Origin: Nitrosopumilus sp.
GTDB taxonomy: Archaea > Thermoproteota > Nitrososphaeria > Nitrososphaerales > Nitrosopumilaceae
NCBI RefSeq assembly: GCF_965262695.1
Contig: NZ_OZ253550.1
Coordinates: 233,671-273,670, forward strand
Direction: 5' to 3'
DNA length: 40,000 nt
The translations under genes were made by a program, and so were the position numbers. The notes under the pieces are model-generated. The model saw only the letters and a program-made list of their open reading frames with translations. It made no database searches and was not told the DNA's origin. Shown here piece after piece: positions 1 through 9,296 of the stretch; the first letter of the stretch is position 1, and the number at the start of each line of letters is the position of its first letter.

Positions 1-37
1 CATAAAGAACAAACAACCCGATTCAGACACTGATGTT

Positions 38-292
38 ATGACTAGAACTCATTCTGATTTTGAAGCATTAAAAGAGATTGAGCACAACAAAGCTATGGAA
101 AAATTAGAAGTAATATGTCCTCACTGCAAAGAACATTTTGCAGATTTTAAAGAACCTGAAAGTTATGCCTTCTCAATTGTTACTTTGAATAAACTAAACA
201 CACCAGAAATAAAAAATAAATTGATTTGGGAAGAGAACAAGGCTCAAAATATTATAAATTCTATAATGAATCCTGAATTTTTGTACAAATAA
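38..292 (+). CDS. hypothetical small protein (CPHC motif), possibly 5'-truncated by the window edge
   Basis: 84-aa ORF from the track. Its frame stays open upstream to base 2, so the true start may lie outside the window. No family recognised. Confidence 0.35.
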   Translation: MTRTHSDFEALKEIEHNKAMEKLEVICPHCKEHFADFKEPESYAFSIVTLNKLNTPEIKNKLIWEENKAQNIINSIMNPEFLYK

Positions 293-399
293 ACATTCTA
301 TGTGTTTCCCTCACTCACATTTGTATATGTTAATTCTAGTTTACACTTCTAACAACTTTAAAATTTTGAATTATTGTAAATACCAGATCGTTTGAAACA

Positions 400-1860
400 C
401 TAATCTAAAGTTTTTGGTAAGGTTATTGTAAAAATAGTTGGTGGAGAAGAGACCGATATTTTGCCATGGTGTTGATGTATAATGCTCTCAACACTAGATA
501 AACCCAAACCAGTTCCCTTTTGTTTGGTAGTAAACAATGGTTCAAAAATTTGATCAAGATCTTCAGGATCTATACCGTCACCAGAATCTTCAAACTCTAT
601 TTTTATAGCATCTGGAATCGAAGTAAACCTTATCTTGACTTTCCCATCATCTTTAACAGCATCAACTGCATTTAAAAACAAATTTGAAAACACTACTCCT
701 ATTTTATGGGAATCACATTCAATTACTACATCATTTTGTGGCAAAATAACTTCAATATTATCTGAAATTTTTTTAGTTGATATGACATTTTTGAGAATTG
801 TCAATAAAGACACTTTTTCTATTTTTAAGGAAGATGTTTTGATAAAATCAAGAACCTCACTAACCTGATGGTCAATACGCATAATAGCATCAACTATTCT
901 GTCAAATCTTTTCTCCTCGTTGTTGACGTATTTGATTTTAAGGTATTCTATATTCAGCTTTATGATTGCAAGTGGATTTCGTATATCATGTGCCAGTCTT
1001 CCTGATAAAAGCCCTACAGTAGAAAGTTTTTCTGATTTTAGCAGTTTATTTCGAATCTCTTTTAATTCAGAAGTCATTTTATTAACATCTGCAGACAAGT
1101 CGCCTATCTCATCATTTGAAATGTCATCAATTTTAGTGTCAAGATTGTTTTTGGCAATTTCTTTTGTGGCATGACGAATTTTGGAAAGTGGTATTAAAAT
1201 TGATCTTAAAAAATAGTAGCGCAGAATAATAAAAACAATCACAAAGATTAAGACTATAGAAGATATGATTAAAGTAGTATTTCTAATAAGTTCAGAAACT
1301 ATCTGTTCTTTATTTTTTACCTCTTTTTCATTTTCAATTAACACCAGATCAATTTCTTTAACTAACGCATTCTTCGAATCTTTTAATTCATTTTTTATCT
1401 TAATGAATTCATCACCCGTAATCCCTCTTTTCCCATAATCCACAAATTTATCTGAAATAATATCAAACTCTTCCCATTGTTGTTCTATGGTGTTAATTGA
1501 ATCTGCAGATATGGTTTCCGATGTTTTTTGTGTATATAATTCCAATAACTGAGAAAATTGGGTTTTATCTATCTGAATTTCAGAAATAATTTCATTATCT
1601 TTAACATCTATATCTGAAACTGTTCTATGAGACGAAACAAAATTTTCTTCAAACACAACATATTCAATAGATGATGTCAAAATGTTAGAAGCTGCTAATC
1701 TCATGTCTTTCAAGATGCTTGAACGTGGAATAAGATCATCGTTCAAAGATGAAATGTTTTCTTCAACCTCTGAAGCATAATATAATATCATAATTGAGGC
1801 AACTGCCAAAATAGCCGATAAAACCAATATTTCAAAAATGAACTTTGTTCTAATTTGCAT
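400..1860 (-). CDS. membrane-bound sensor histidine kinase
   Basis: H-box HDIRNPL, N-box NLFLNAVDA, G1 DSGDGI and G2 GTGLGLS. An N-terminal TM and a second TM (LIISSIVLIFVIVFIIL) flank a ~170-aa outside domain, followed by a HAMP-like linker. Confidence 0.85.
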   Translation of the reverse strand: MQIRTKFIFEILVLSAILAVASIMILYYASEVEENISSLNDDLIPRSSILKDMRLAASNILTSSIEYVVFEENFVSSHRTVSDIDVKDNEIISEIQIDKTQFSQLLELYTQKTSETISADSINTIEQQWEEFDIISDKFVDYGKRGITGDEFIKIKNELKDSKNALVKEIDLVLIENEKEVKNKEQIVSELIRNTTLIISSIVLIFVIVFIILRYYFLRSILIPLSKIRHATKEIAKNNLDTKIDDISNDEIGDLSADVNKMTSELKEIRNKLLKSEKLSTVGLLSGRLAHDIRNPLAIIKLNIEYLKIKYVNNEEKRFDRIVDAIMRIDHQVSEVLDFIKTSSLKIEKVSLLTILKNVISTKKISDNIEVILPQNDVVIECDSHKIGVVFSNLFLNAVDAVKDDGKVKIRFTSIPDAIKIEFEDSGDGIDPEDLDQIFEPLFTTKQKGTGLGLSSVESIIHQHHGKISVSSPPTIFTITLPKTLD

Positions 1861-2019
1861 TATGACTCAGAATGATATTGTGAATAAAATAAGCATTTCA
1901 TGTATTTGTGACTCAAAATAGTAAAAGATGTAATGCGCACATTTTTTTTGATTTTTATGAAAACTTGATTAATTTAATAGCAATTTGCCAGAATTCAACA
2001 AAAAAAAAAAATAAATAAA

Positions 2020-4053
2020 ATGAAACAAAGGATACATATGTTTATCACATCAAAGTCAAGTGTAGCAATAATTTTTTTATCCGTTTTACTTCTCACGTGG
2101 GGTTTTACTAGTACTGATTATGTGTTTGCTCATCATAAATCTGGACATGATAATGGAGGCGGCAACGGTAATGGAGGCGGCAACGGTAATGGAGATGACA
2201 ATGGTAAGAAAAAAGGCAAAAACAAAAACAACGATAAATCTGAAAAAATAGACGAACTAAAGAAAAACTACAAGAAAAAAAGTAAGAACAACATCCTAGA
2301 CAAAAATCAAAAGGAAAAAAAAGAAAAATTTGATAATTGGAATACAAACCCTGATAAAAATAACAATAAAAATAAAAAAGTGGACGGGAAAATTTTAAAA
2401 TTAATTTCTAGTAAGGCACCGCAAAAATTTGCAAAAAACAAAGGTTTTGATTATCATGATGGGATGATCCGATTGATGATAAACATGAATGAATTAAATG
2501 ATTCAATAATGACCAAAATAAAGGAAACATCTACAATTGAAGTAACAAAAGGAAATAGTATGCAAATTAGCATACCTGCCAACAAAATATCTGAATTGAG
2601 TCTAATTGATGAAATAAGCAATATCAAACCTACACTTCCTGCAATTCAAAATAGGGATATAGTCATAGATGGGAAAATTATAGAAGAATCTGTATTTTTT
2701 AATTACACAAAACCAAGTGGATCTGCAAATGTGGCAGTTATAGATCTTGCATTCAATGGAACAAATGAACAAATTGCTAATAATGTCGTTGAAAATATCT
2801 CATTTAGAAATACCTTTGAAGATTCAGAACAAATGCAAAATGTAACAGAATCTTTACACGGAACTGCTATGGCACAGATCATTGCATCCATATCTCCAAA
2901 TGTAAACTTGTATCTTCTTTCTGCGGGAACTGAATTGGAATTTATTGATGCAATGGATTATGCTATATCAAAAGAAGTCGATGTTGTCACAATTTCGTAT
3001 ACCTGGCTTGATTATAATACCGATGGCGCAAGTTCAATCACAAAAAAGGTAGAAGACGCAATAAATTCAAAAATCACTGTAGTTGTGCCCTCCGGAAACT
3101 ATGCTGAAAATCACTGGGAAGGTGTTTTTGTAGATACTGATGGGGACAAATGGCATGAATTTGAGAACTTGGATGAGGGTTTGACTATTACTATAGATTA
3201 TGAACGAATTTTTGAAGAAAAACCCATACTAGTTTACCTTAGATGGAGTGATGATATGGAAAACGTATCTGATTTTGACATAACCTTGATGGATCCTGGT
3301 GGGAGAATTCTAGATTATTCATACAACACACAAGAACGTGAATCTGATGAATCTATAGAATATCTGTACCACATGCCTGAAATTCCAGGCGAATATTACA
3401 TAGGAATCTCAAATTTTGGAAAACAAACAAATGCTAAGATGAACCTCTTTAGTGTGTATGACAAATTAGAGTATTATCATGTCAACGGAAGTGTAGCGGT
3501 TCCATCGGATGCAAAGGGAGCCATAGTTGTTGGATCAATTGGGAATGATACTAAAAGACAAACATATAGCTCGACTGGCCCAACAGATAACGGATTAAAT
3601 GTTCCAAACATATTGGCAAAAGATGGATTTCTAACCAAAGTTTACAATGGCGAACCATTTTACGGAACATCCTCATCTGCAGCATACATATCAGGTTTGA
3701 TTACAATACTGTATTCTGAAATACAAGACATTGATCCGTTCAACATTCCGTCTATACTAAATGAAAACATGCTCTTATCAAACTCCACTCAAAATTCAAA
3801 CCTGTCTGTAATGACGTATATGGGAAACCTAGATGCAAACAAATCGTCTAATAGTATGGATTGGTATGAATCCTTGAAATCTGATTCAACGGAACATGAT
3901 TTTCCAATCAAATTCACAGATAATGAAGAGAAATCAAACAAAATAACATGCAAGTCAGATATGGTGAAAATCCTAAAAAAATCCACATCGGATTATGTAT
4001 GTGTGACAGAAACTACGTCTGAATCATTAATACAACGTGGTTGGGGTTTTTAA
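2020..4053 (+). CDS. secreted subtilisin-like serine protease (peptidase S8) with N-terminal low-complexity region
   Basis: Signal-anchor N-terminus. Catalytic triad motifs occur in D-H-S order (VAVIDLAF, HGTAMAQ, GTSSSAAYISG), with oxyanion Asn in PSGNYAENH. A Gly/Asn-rich then Lys/Asn-rich segment sits at residues ~40-130. Confidence 0.8.
   Translation: MKQRIHMFITSKSSVAIIFLSVLLLTWGFTSTDYVFAHHKSGHDNGGGNGNGGGNGNGDDNGKKKGKNKNNDKSEKIDELKKNYKKKSKNNILDKNQKEKKEKFDNWNTNPDKNNNKNKKVDGKILKLISSKAPQKFAKNKGFDYHDGMIRLMINMNELNDSIMTKIKETSTIEVTKGNSMQISIPANKISELSLIDEISNIKPTLPAIQNRDIVIDGKIIEESVFFNYTKPSGSANVAVIDLAFNGTNEQIANNVVENISFRNTFEDSEQMQNVTESLHGTAMAQIIASISPNVNLYLLSAGTELEFIDAMDYAISKEVDVVTISYTWLDYNTDGASSITKKVEDAINSKITVVVPSGNYAENHWEGVFVDTDGDKWHEFENLDEGLTITIDYERIFEEKPILVYLRWSDDMENVSDFDITLMDPGGRILDYSYNTQERESDESIEYLYHMPEIPGEYYIGISNFGKQTNAKMNLFSVYDKLEYYHVNGSVAVPSDAKGAIVVGSIGNDTKRQTYSSTGPTDNGLNVPNILAKDGFLTKVYNGEPFYGTSSSAAYISGLITILYSEIQDIDPFNIPSILNENMLLSNSTQNSNLSVMTYMGNLDANKSSNSMDWYESLKSDSTEHDFPIKFTDNEEKSNKITCKSDMVKILKKSTSDYVCVTETTSESLIQRGWGF
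2152..2194 (+). repeat. 18-bp tandem repeat (aatggaggcggcaacggt x2.4) encoding the NGGGNG run
   Basis: Two perfect 18-bp units at 2152-2169 and 2170-2187 plus a 7-bp partial unit, all inside the subtilase N-terminal low-complexity region. Confidence 0.85.
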
Positions 4054-4254
4054 CATACACAAATAGGATTTCTGGGCATAAATGACGTCCAAAACACTAT
4101 TTTCGAGAGTTTTGTTATTGAATAATACTCTTCATTACTAATATTTTCATAATGATTTGGAACCAAAATGGAACTTCACAGACTCGAATCCGGTCGGGTC
4201 CGCTTTAATTTATGTAAAATTTATACTCTGTTATAATTTTGAAAAATTAATTAT

Positions 4255-5445
4255 TTGGACTTAACTGAAATATTTTTTGCAATTGTGATTTTGCTTGCTG
4301 GTGCAAAGATTCTTGGTGAATTATTTCGAAAACTAAAACAACCATCTTTAGGCGGTGAAATTCTTGCTGGTATTATACTTGGTCCTACACTGTTTGGAAT
4401 TGTTCAAATCTCAGATGGATTAGAATTGATTTCCACAATTGCCATATTCTTTGTAATGCTTTTCATTGGACTTGAAATGAATTTAAGTGAAATTCGAAAA
4501 ACTGGAAAATACGCTTTACTCATATCCATAACTTCTCTAATAATTCCATTTTTCATAGGATATCAATTATCCGTTGTTTTTGGTTTAGAGTTAATTGAAT
4601 CATTGTTCATTGGATTGTTACTATCTGTCACGTCTGTTCCTGTTAGTGCTATGATTTTACGTGAATTAGGAATTCTCAAAACAAAAATTGGAACTACTGT
4701 GATATCTGTGGCAATAATTGATGATATAATCTCTTTAATAATTTTGGCAATAATTTTACAACTTCATGCAGCTGATCATGCTTCATTTAATTTTGAAGAA
4801 CTTGGAATTTCCATATTCCAAATATCTGTTTATTTAATTGGAATTACTTTTCTGGCTTTTATTGTTTATAGAATTGATAATTGGTTCCCAAAACGATTTG
4901 AACTATTTTTTGAAAAAGCAAAAACCCATGAAGCAAAATTTGGTATATTCATTGTTGTTGCAATCACCTTGTCGTTAATAGCTGATCTTGTTGGGCTGCA
5001 TTTTATTTTAGGCGCATTTTTTGCTGGTTTAATATTTAGTAAAAAAATTCTTGGTAACAAGGAATCTGATAAAACATATGGTACAATGTCTGGAATGACA
5101 TTTGGTTTTATTGCACCCTTGTTTTTTGCTATAATTGGAATAAAATTCAGTGCACAATCTTTAGAAAATTACATCCCATTTCTCATTTTGTTGGTAATAT
5201 TGGGTATATTCGGTAAAACCTTTGGAGGGTTTTTGGGAACAAAAATTTCCAAGTTTTCCAATATGCAGGGATTTGCAATATCTGCTCTATTGAATGGTCG
5301 TGGAACTGTTGGGTTGACAATAACTGCAGTTGCATACGCCCTAGGAATTTTAGATATTGTATTGTTCTCTGTCTGTGTTCTTATCTGTGTCATCACTACT
5401 ATGGTGACTCCAGTTATTGCAAAACCATTTTTGAAAAAAATTTAA
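4255..5445 (+). CDS. cation:proton antiporter (CPA2, Kef/NapA-like), copy 1
   Basis: About 11-12 TM helices. N-terminal signature LLAGAKILGELFRKLKQPSLGGEILAGIILGP. TTG start. Paralogous to 17757..19007. Confidence 0.8.
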   Translation: MDLTEIFFAIVILLAGAKILGELFRKLKQPSLGGEILAGIILGPTLFGIVQISDGLELISTIAIFFVMLFIGLEMNLSEIRKTGKYALLISITSLIIPFFIGYQLSVVFGLELIESLFIGLLLSVTSVPVSAMILRELGILKTKIGTTVISVAIIDDIISLIILAIILQLHAADHASFNFEELGISIFQISVYLIGITFLAFIVYRIDNWFPKRFELFFEKAKTHEAKFGIFIVVAITLSLIADLVGLHFILGAFFAGLIFSKKILGNKESDKTYGTMSGMTFGFIAPLFFAIIGIKFSAQSLENYIPFLILLVILGIFGKTFGGFLGTKISKFSNMQGFAISALLNGRGTVGLTITAVAYALGILDIVLFSVCVLICVITTMVTPVIAKPFLKKI

Positions 5446-5486
5446 TTTTTACAAAATTCATTAAACCGTCCATATAGCCGCATATT

Positions 5487-6233
5487 ATGTATGGTGATGC
5501 ATGGAATGACATGTCTTCAGAATATGATAATTGTGTAGAAAACAATCCAAACCATGTAATTTCAAATTTTATCAATCAAGAAATCAAAATTATTTCTAAT
5601 CTTTTCAAAAAATTCATCAAACCTGACAAAAATTATATCGTAATTGATCTTGGTTCTGGAACTGGTAGAGTGTTGTTTTCTTTACAAAATATTTTTGGTA
5701 ATTCTTTATCTTACTGTGGTCTTGATGCATCAGAATCTATGATCCAACTATCAAAAACAAAACAATCTAAATTGAATTTACAAAATATTTCTTTTCAAAA
5801 TTATGATGTTACCAATACTAAAATAGATGAACTATTTGATGATGACTCTATTAAAATTCCAATATGTGTGTACAACACTATAGGTGTTATTCCAATTCAA
5901 AAAAGAGAGCAATTTTTTGAAAATATGAAAAAACTTGCAGGAAACGAGGGATTTGTTTTATTATCTGCATTTAATGGAGATGATTTTGCCTTTGCATCTC
6001 CACAAATTTATCATCCAATGAAAAGCATGGTAAAACAAATAGATGCTGACTCGTTTGATGAAGAAAAATTAGCATTTAGAAATAGTCTTGGATATTATAG
6101 TCAATGGTTCAAAAAAACACAACTTCAAGCATTTCTAAAATCTGAGATAAACCCTATTCCAATTAAAGTGTTCATTAATGACGTCCCTCATGTTCTTGGA
6201 CATGTGTTTGTAGATAGATTCATAGAAAATTAG
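5487..6233 (+). CDS. class I SAM-dependent methyltransferase
   Basis: Motif I VIDLGSGTGR followed by an acidic loop GLDASE. Typical Rossmann methyltransferase spacing. Confidence 0.7.
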   Translation: MYGDAWNDMSSEYDNCVENNPNHVISNFINQEIKIISNLFKKFIKPDKNYIVIDLGSGTGRVLFSLQNIFGNSLSYCGLDASESMIQLSKTKQSKLNLQNISFQNYDVTNTKIDELFDDDSIKIPICVYNTIGVIPIQKREQFFENMKKLAGNEGFVLLSAFNGDDFAFASPQIYHPMKSMVKQIDADSFDEEKLAFRNSLGYYSQWFKKTQLQAFLKSEINPIPIKVFINDVPHVLGHVFVDRFIEN

Positions 6234-6237
6234 ATTT

Positions 6238-6624
6238 TTGCAAGACAATGCAGTCTTACTAGTTAAATCAAAATTTCAATTACTTCCGTTAATGTCTCAA
6301 ATAGAAGCACAATACAACGAATTCACAAATGCAATAACTCAGACACTCTCAAATGTTGATGTTGATCTCTTGATCAAGATAATGTATCTTGAAAGAAAAC
6401 TTCCTGACGCACCACCTATGGTAGAGTTGACTATTGACTATAATTCTGGCACAAATATTCAAAACAAACAAGAAGCAATTAGAGCAAAATATGGATTCCC
6501 AATGAATGCTGGTGAACATGGATTAACTCTAGTTAGCAGAATGGACATACCATTAATCGAAGAAATCTCTAAAGATAGAGATATCAAATTCATTTCTGGT
6601 AAAGCAACTCCTGCATCATACTGA
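6238..6624 (+). CDS. hypothetical protein
   Basis: 128-aa ORF with a TTG start 4 nt after the upstream stop. No motif recognised. The start is uncertain (internal ATG at MSQIEAQ). Confidence 0.4.
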   Translation: MQDNAVLLVKSKFQLLPLMSQIEAQYNEFTNAITQTLSNVDVDLLIKIMYLERKLPDAPPMVELTIDYNSGTNIQNKQEAIRAKYGFPMNAGEHGLTLVSRMDIPLIEEISKDRDIKFISGKATPASY

Positions 6625-6772
6625 TACTAGACGATCTCATTTTATTTTTTCATAAAAATCCCGAATATCCCTTCAATTATTTTTGGCACTAGAAAATATT
6701 TTTTTAATTTAGTTAAATGTGATCCTGCATTTTTTTATGATGTGAAGATATACACTTCAAGGGGACCTGCAT

Positions 6773-7408
6773 TTGCGAGGAATATTTGAATCACTAATTG
6801 TATTTGGCATAATGACTGGTTTATTGTTACCTGCAAGACTACTCTTTGTTGAATTTGTTTCTGATGACTGGTTGGGCTCATTTGGAGTAATTACTGCTAT
6901 CTCTATGTCTGTCATAGTTTTAGCAAAAAAGAAAAAATTAGGCTTTTTTGGTCCTATGCTTGAGAGACAAATCTACAAATTCCAAAAAGGGAAATGTGGA
7001 ATTGTAGTATTTGGAGAATCTGTATTTTTGCTTTTAATTCTAGGAACAATGATTGTAGCAATTGATCAAGGTAGTTCTGTCTATTCTGAATACATGTTAC
7101 AAAATTCTTCTAATGTACCTGTAGTAAATTCCTCCGAGCAAGTTTTAGAAATGACAAATGAAATGGCTCCTACTGATTGGGTTGTTGGATTTTTGTTAGC
7201 TCCTTCTGCATTACTAACAGAATTCCCTAAAATGAGTGCTGCAATTGCATCTATTGATCAATCCCTTGACGGATGGTTAATGCATTTTTACACTGTAGGA
7301 TTTGTAGAATATTTAGAGTTGTTGGGAATTCTAATTTTTTATAGAGTTTCCTTTAGGAGAAAGATTTCTACTGCAACAAGCCAACTGTATGTCAAGGCTG
7401 CAATTTAG
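6773..7408 (+). CDS. hypothetical membrane protein
   Basis: 211-aa ORF with 4-5 hydrophobic segments and a TTG start. No family recognised. Confidence 0.45.
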   Translation: MRGIFESLIVFGIMTGLLLPARLLFVEFVSDDWLGSFGVITAISMSVIVLAKKKKLGFFGPMLERQIYKFQKGKCGIVVFGESVFLLLILGTMIVAIDQGSSVYSEYMLQNSSNVPVVNSSEQVLEMTNEMAPTDWVVGFLLAPSALLTEFPKMSAAIASIDQSLDGWLMHFYTVGFVEYLELLGILIFYRVSFRRKISTATSQLYVKAAI

Positions 7409-7464
7409 AATCTAAAACTCCCATGATGTGATTATCTTAAATATTATAACATAATATAACAATA

Positions 7465-7863
7465 ATGAGTCGCGAAGATTTCAATTATTCATCAATCAAA
7501 GTACAAGATATTATGACGCGTGCACTAATTACTGTTAATCCCAGCACAACTGCACTACAAGTTGCTAAAATGATGGAACAAGGTGGAATAGGGGCAGTTA
7601 TTGTAAAAGAAGGAGACAATCTTGTGGGTATTGTAACTGATAGAGATTATGCTACCAAGATTGCAGCAAACAATCTTCCATTTGACACTACTGTTGAAAA
7701 AATAATGTCTTCCCCACTAATCACAATTAATCAGGGAGAGCCAATTTCTGTTGCAGCTGAAACAATGGCTAGTAAAAAAATTAGAAAACTTGCAGTATCT
7801 GATAATGGCACAATTACTGGAATTGTTACATCAACTGATTTAGTAAATCAACTAGCAAAATAA
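7465..7863 (+). CDS. CBS-domain pair protein
   Basis: Two CBS repeats (VQDIMTR...GIVTDRD and VEKIMSSP...GIVTSTDL). Stand-alone 132-aa size. Confidence 0.8.
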   Translation: MSREDFNYSSIKVQDIMTRALITVNPSTTALQVAKMMEQGGIGAVIVKEGDNLVGIVTDRDYATKIAANNLPFDTTVEKIMSSPLITINQGEPISVAAETMASKKIRKLAVSDNGTITGIVTSTDLVNQLAK

Positions 7864-8289
7864 CTAGTACGTTTTTGTTTTTCTAAGAAATAATGTAACT
7901 GATGCCATATAACATCCAGTAGCAATTATTTCTGAAATTAATGATGCTAAGAATGGTTCTATTCCAATTTCTAAGAAATAATAGAAAGTTGGCCACCTTA
8001 TTCCAAGATAAACAATCTCTCCTACCCCAAATGATGAAACTAATGCAAGTAATTCTCTTCTGATTAATTCTCTCTTCATTGATTTGTACCGTTCTTTGTT
8101 ATCCCAATAGAATAAACCCGAAAAAATTCCAAAATAAACTACATATCCAAAAATTATCGTAAATGTTGTAGTAAGATAACTGTCATAATCTGCTAACATT
8201 TGGGCAAATGCCGCAGAAAGTGATGCTGAAATTATAAAACAAATGAGAAAACTTCGGTTGATTCTCAGTAATTGTTGATTTACTTTCAT
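7864..8289 (-). CDS. hypothetical membrane protein (4 TM)
   Basis: 141-aa ORF with four hydrophobic helices. Convergent with and abutting the CBS gene stop. Confidence 0.5.
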   Translation of the reverse strand: MKVNQQLLRINRSFLICFIISASLSAAFAQMLADYDSYLTTTFTIIFGYVVYFGIFSGLFYWDNKERYKSMKRELIRRELLALVSSFGVGEIVYLGIRWPTFYYFLEIGIEPFLASLISEIIATGCYMASVTLFLRKTKTY

Positions 8290-8340
8290 CAGTTTTTTAA
8301 AAATTTGATAACTAATATTTTGTTAGACCTTTGAAAAATC

Positions 8341-8892
8341 ATGAAAAGATGCAAGTGGGCGGTAGAAGAACCAAACATCACCTATCATGATAAAGAATGG
8401 GGACGACCTCAACATGATGATCAAAAATTATTTGAATTTCTGATATTGGAAGGTGCCCAGGCTGGTCTTTCATGGGTAACTATTCTCAAGCGTAGAGGTG
8501 GCTACAAAAAGGCATTTTCTAATTTTGATGCCCTCAAAGTTTCAAGATACTCTCAAAAACATGTATCAAAATTATTGCAAGATGAATCAATAATTCGAAA
8601 CAAACTCAAAATCAATTCTGCAATTAACAATGCAAAACAGTTTATCAAAATCCAAGACGAGTTTGGTTCTTTTGATAAATATCTATGGAGTTTTGTAAAT
8701 GGTAAACCAATCAAAAATAATTTCAAAAAACTATCTGATTTGCCTGCATCTACTTATATCTCTGAAAAACTCAGCAAAGATCTCAAAAAACGCGGATTTA
8801 CTTTTGTTGGGCCTACAATATGCTATGCACTAATGCAGGCAATAGGAATGGTCAATGACCACACGACTGAGTGTTTTTTGCATGGAAAATAA
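8341..8892 (+). CDS. tag: DNA-3-methyladenine glycosylase I
   Basis: Near-full-length match by eye to the Tag signature (YHDKEWGRP...DQKLFEFLILEGAQAGLSWVTILKRR...GPTICYALMQAIGMVNDH). Confidence 0.85.
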   Translation: MKRCKWAVEEPNITYHDKEWGRPQHDDQKLFEFLILEGAQAGLSWVTILKRRGGYKKAFSNFDALKVSRYSQKHVSKLLQDESIIRNKLKINSAINNAKQFIKIQDEFGSFDKYLWSFVNGKPIKNNFKKLSDLPASTYISEKLSKDLKKRGFTFVGPTICYALMQAIGMVNDHTTECFLHGK

Positions 8893-8920
8893 TTTTATTC
8901 TTCTATAATCTTGACAAATC

Positions 8921-9292
8921 ATGGCAGAAGGAACATTTGCAACATCTGTAACTTGTATGGATGGTAGAATACAACTACCTCTTGCAAAATGGATCAAAGA
9001 AAACTATTCTGTTGATTATGTTGATGCAATCACAGAACCAGGTGTTGATAAAAAAGTTGCAGACAATTCTGATCTTGAATCCATAAAGACCAAAGTTGGA
9101 ATTTCAATCAATGCCCACAAATCTGAACTAATCGTAGTGTCTGGTCACTATGACTGTGCTGGAAACCCCGTTTCAGATGAAGAACACAAATCACAAATCA
9201 AAAAAGGTGTTGAAGTAATTTCCTCTTGGAACACTGGTGCTAAAGTTATCGGCGTTTGGGTTGATGGCACTTGGAATATCAACGTGTTATAG
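8921..9292 (+). CDS. small protein with beta-carbonic-anhydrase-like zinc-ligand motifs
   Basis: C12-M-D14-G-R16 (CxDxR) and VVSGH76-Y-D-C79-AG (HxxC), spaced 64 aa apart. At 123 aa it is shorter than known beta-CAs. Confidence 0.5.
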   Translation: MAEGTFATSVTCMDGRIQLPLAKWIKENYSVDYVDAITEPGVDKKVADNSDLESIKTKVGISINAHKSELIVVSGHYDCAGNPVSDEEHKSQIKKGVEVISSWNTGAKVIGVWVDGTWNINVL

Positions 9293-9296
9293 AATA

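Noticed and set aside
635-1174. ORFs 635..868 and 920..1174 (+) inside the histidine kinase gene
   Set aside because: They are antisense to a CDS with complete kinase motifs. Their Ser/Phe/Ile/Leu-rich composition is typical of shadow frames.
2000-2011. A12 homopolymer 9 nt upstream of the subtilase ATG, considered as a slippage or phase-variation tract
   Set aside because: It lies in the promoter/leader of an AT-rich genome where such runs are common. The single sequence gives no evidence of length variation.
2108-2347. ORF 2108..2347 (-), Cys/Arg/Tyr/His-rich 79 aa
   Set aside because: It is the antisense shadow of the low-complexity, repeat-encoded part of the subtilase gene. Its repetitive HYRCRL merely mirrors the GGNGNG repeat.
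4181-4203. GC-rich patch gactcgaatccggtcgggtccgc upstream of the first antiporter, which looked like a tRNA T-arm/acceptor fragment (cgaatcc)
   Set aside because: I could not pair a T-stem (acaga versus ccggt) or find a complementary 5' acceptor strand on either strand, so there is no cloverleaf. It may be a protein-binding site (tandem GGTC), but I cannot support any call.
9237-9296. Track start at 9237 for the Nramp-like gene, and antisense ORFs 9148..9444 and 9518..9796
   Set aside because: The 9237 start would overlap the upstream CDS by 56 nt and adds a non-conserved leader. The ATG at 9297, 4 nt after the upstream stop and just before the GPG motif, is the better start. The minus-strand ORFs are shadow frames.
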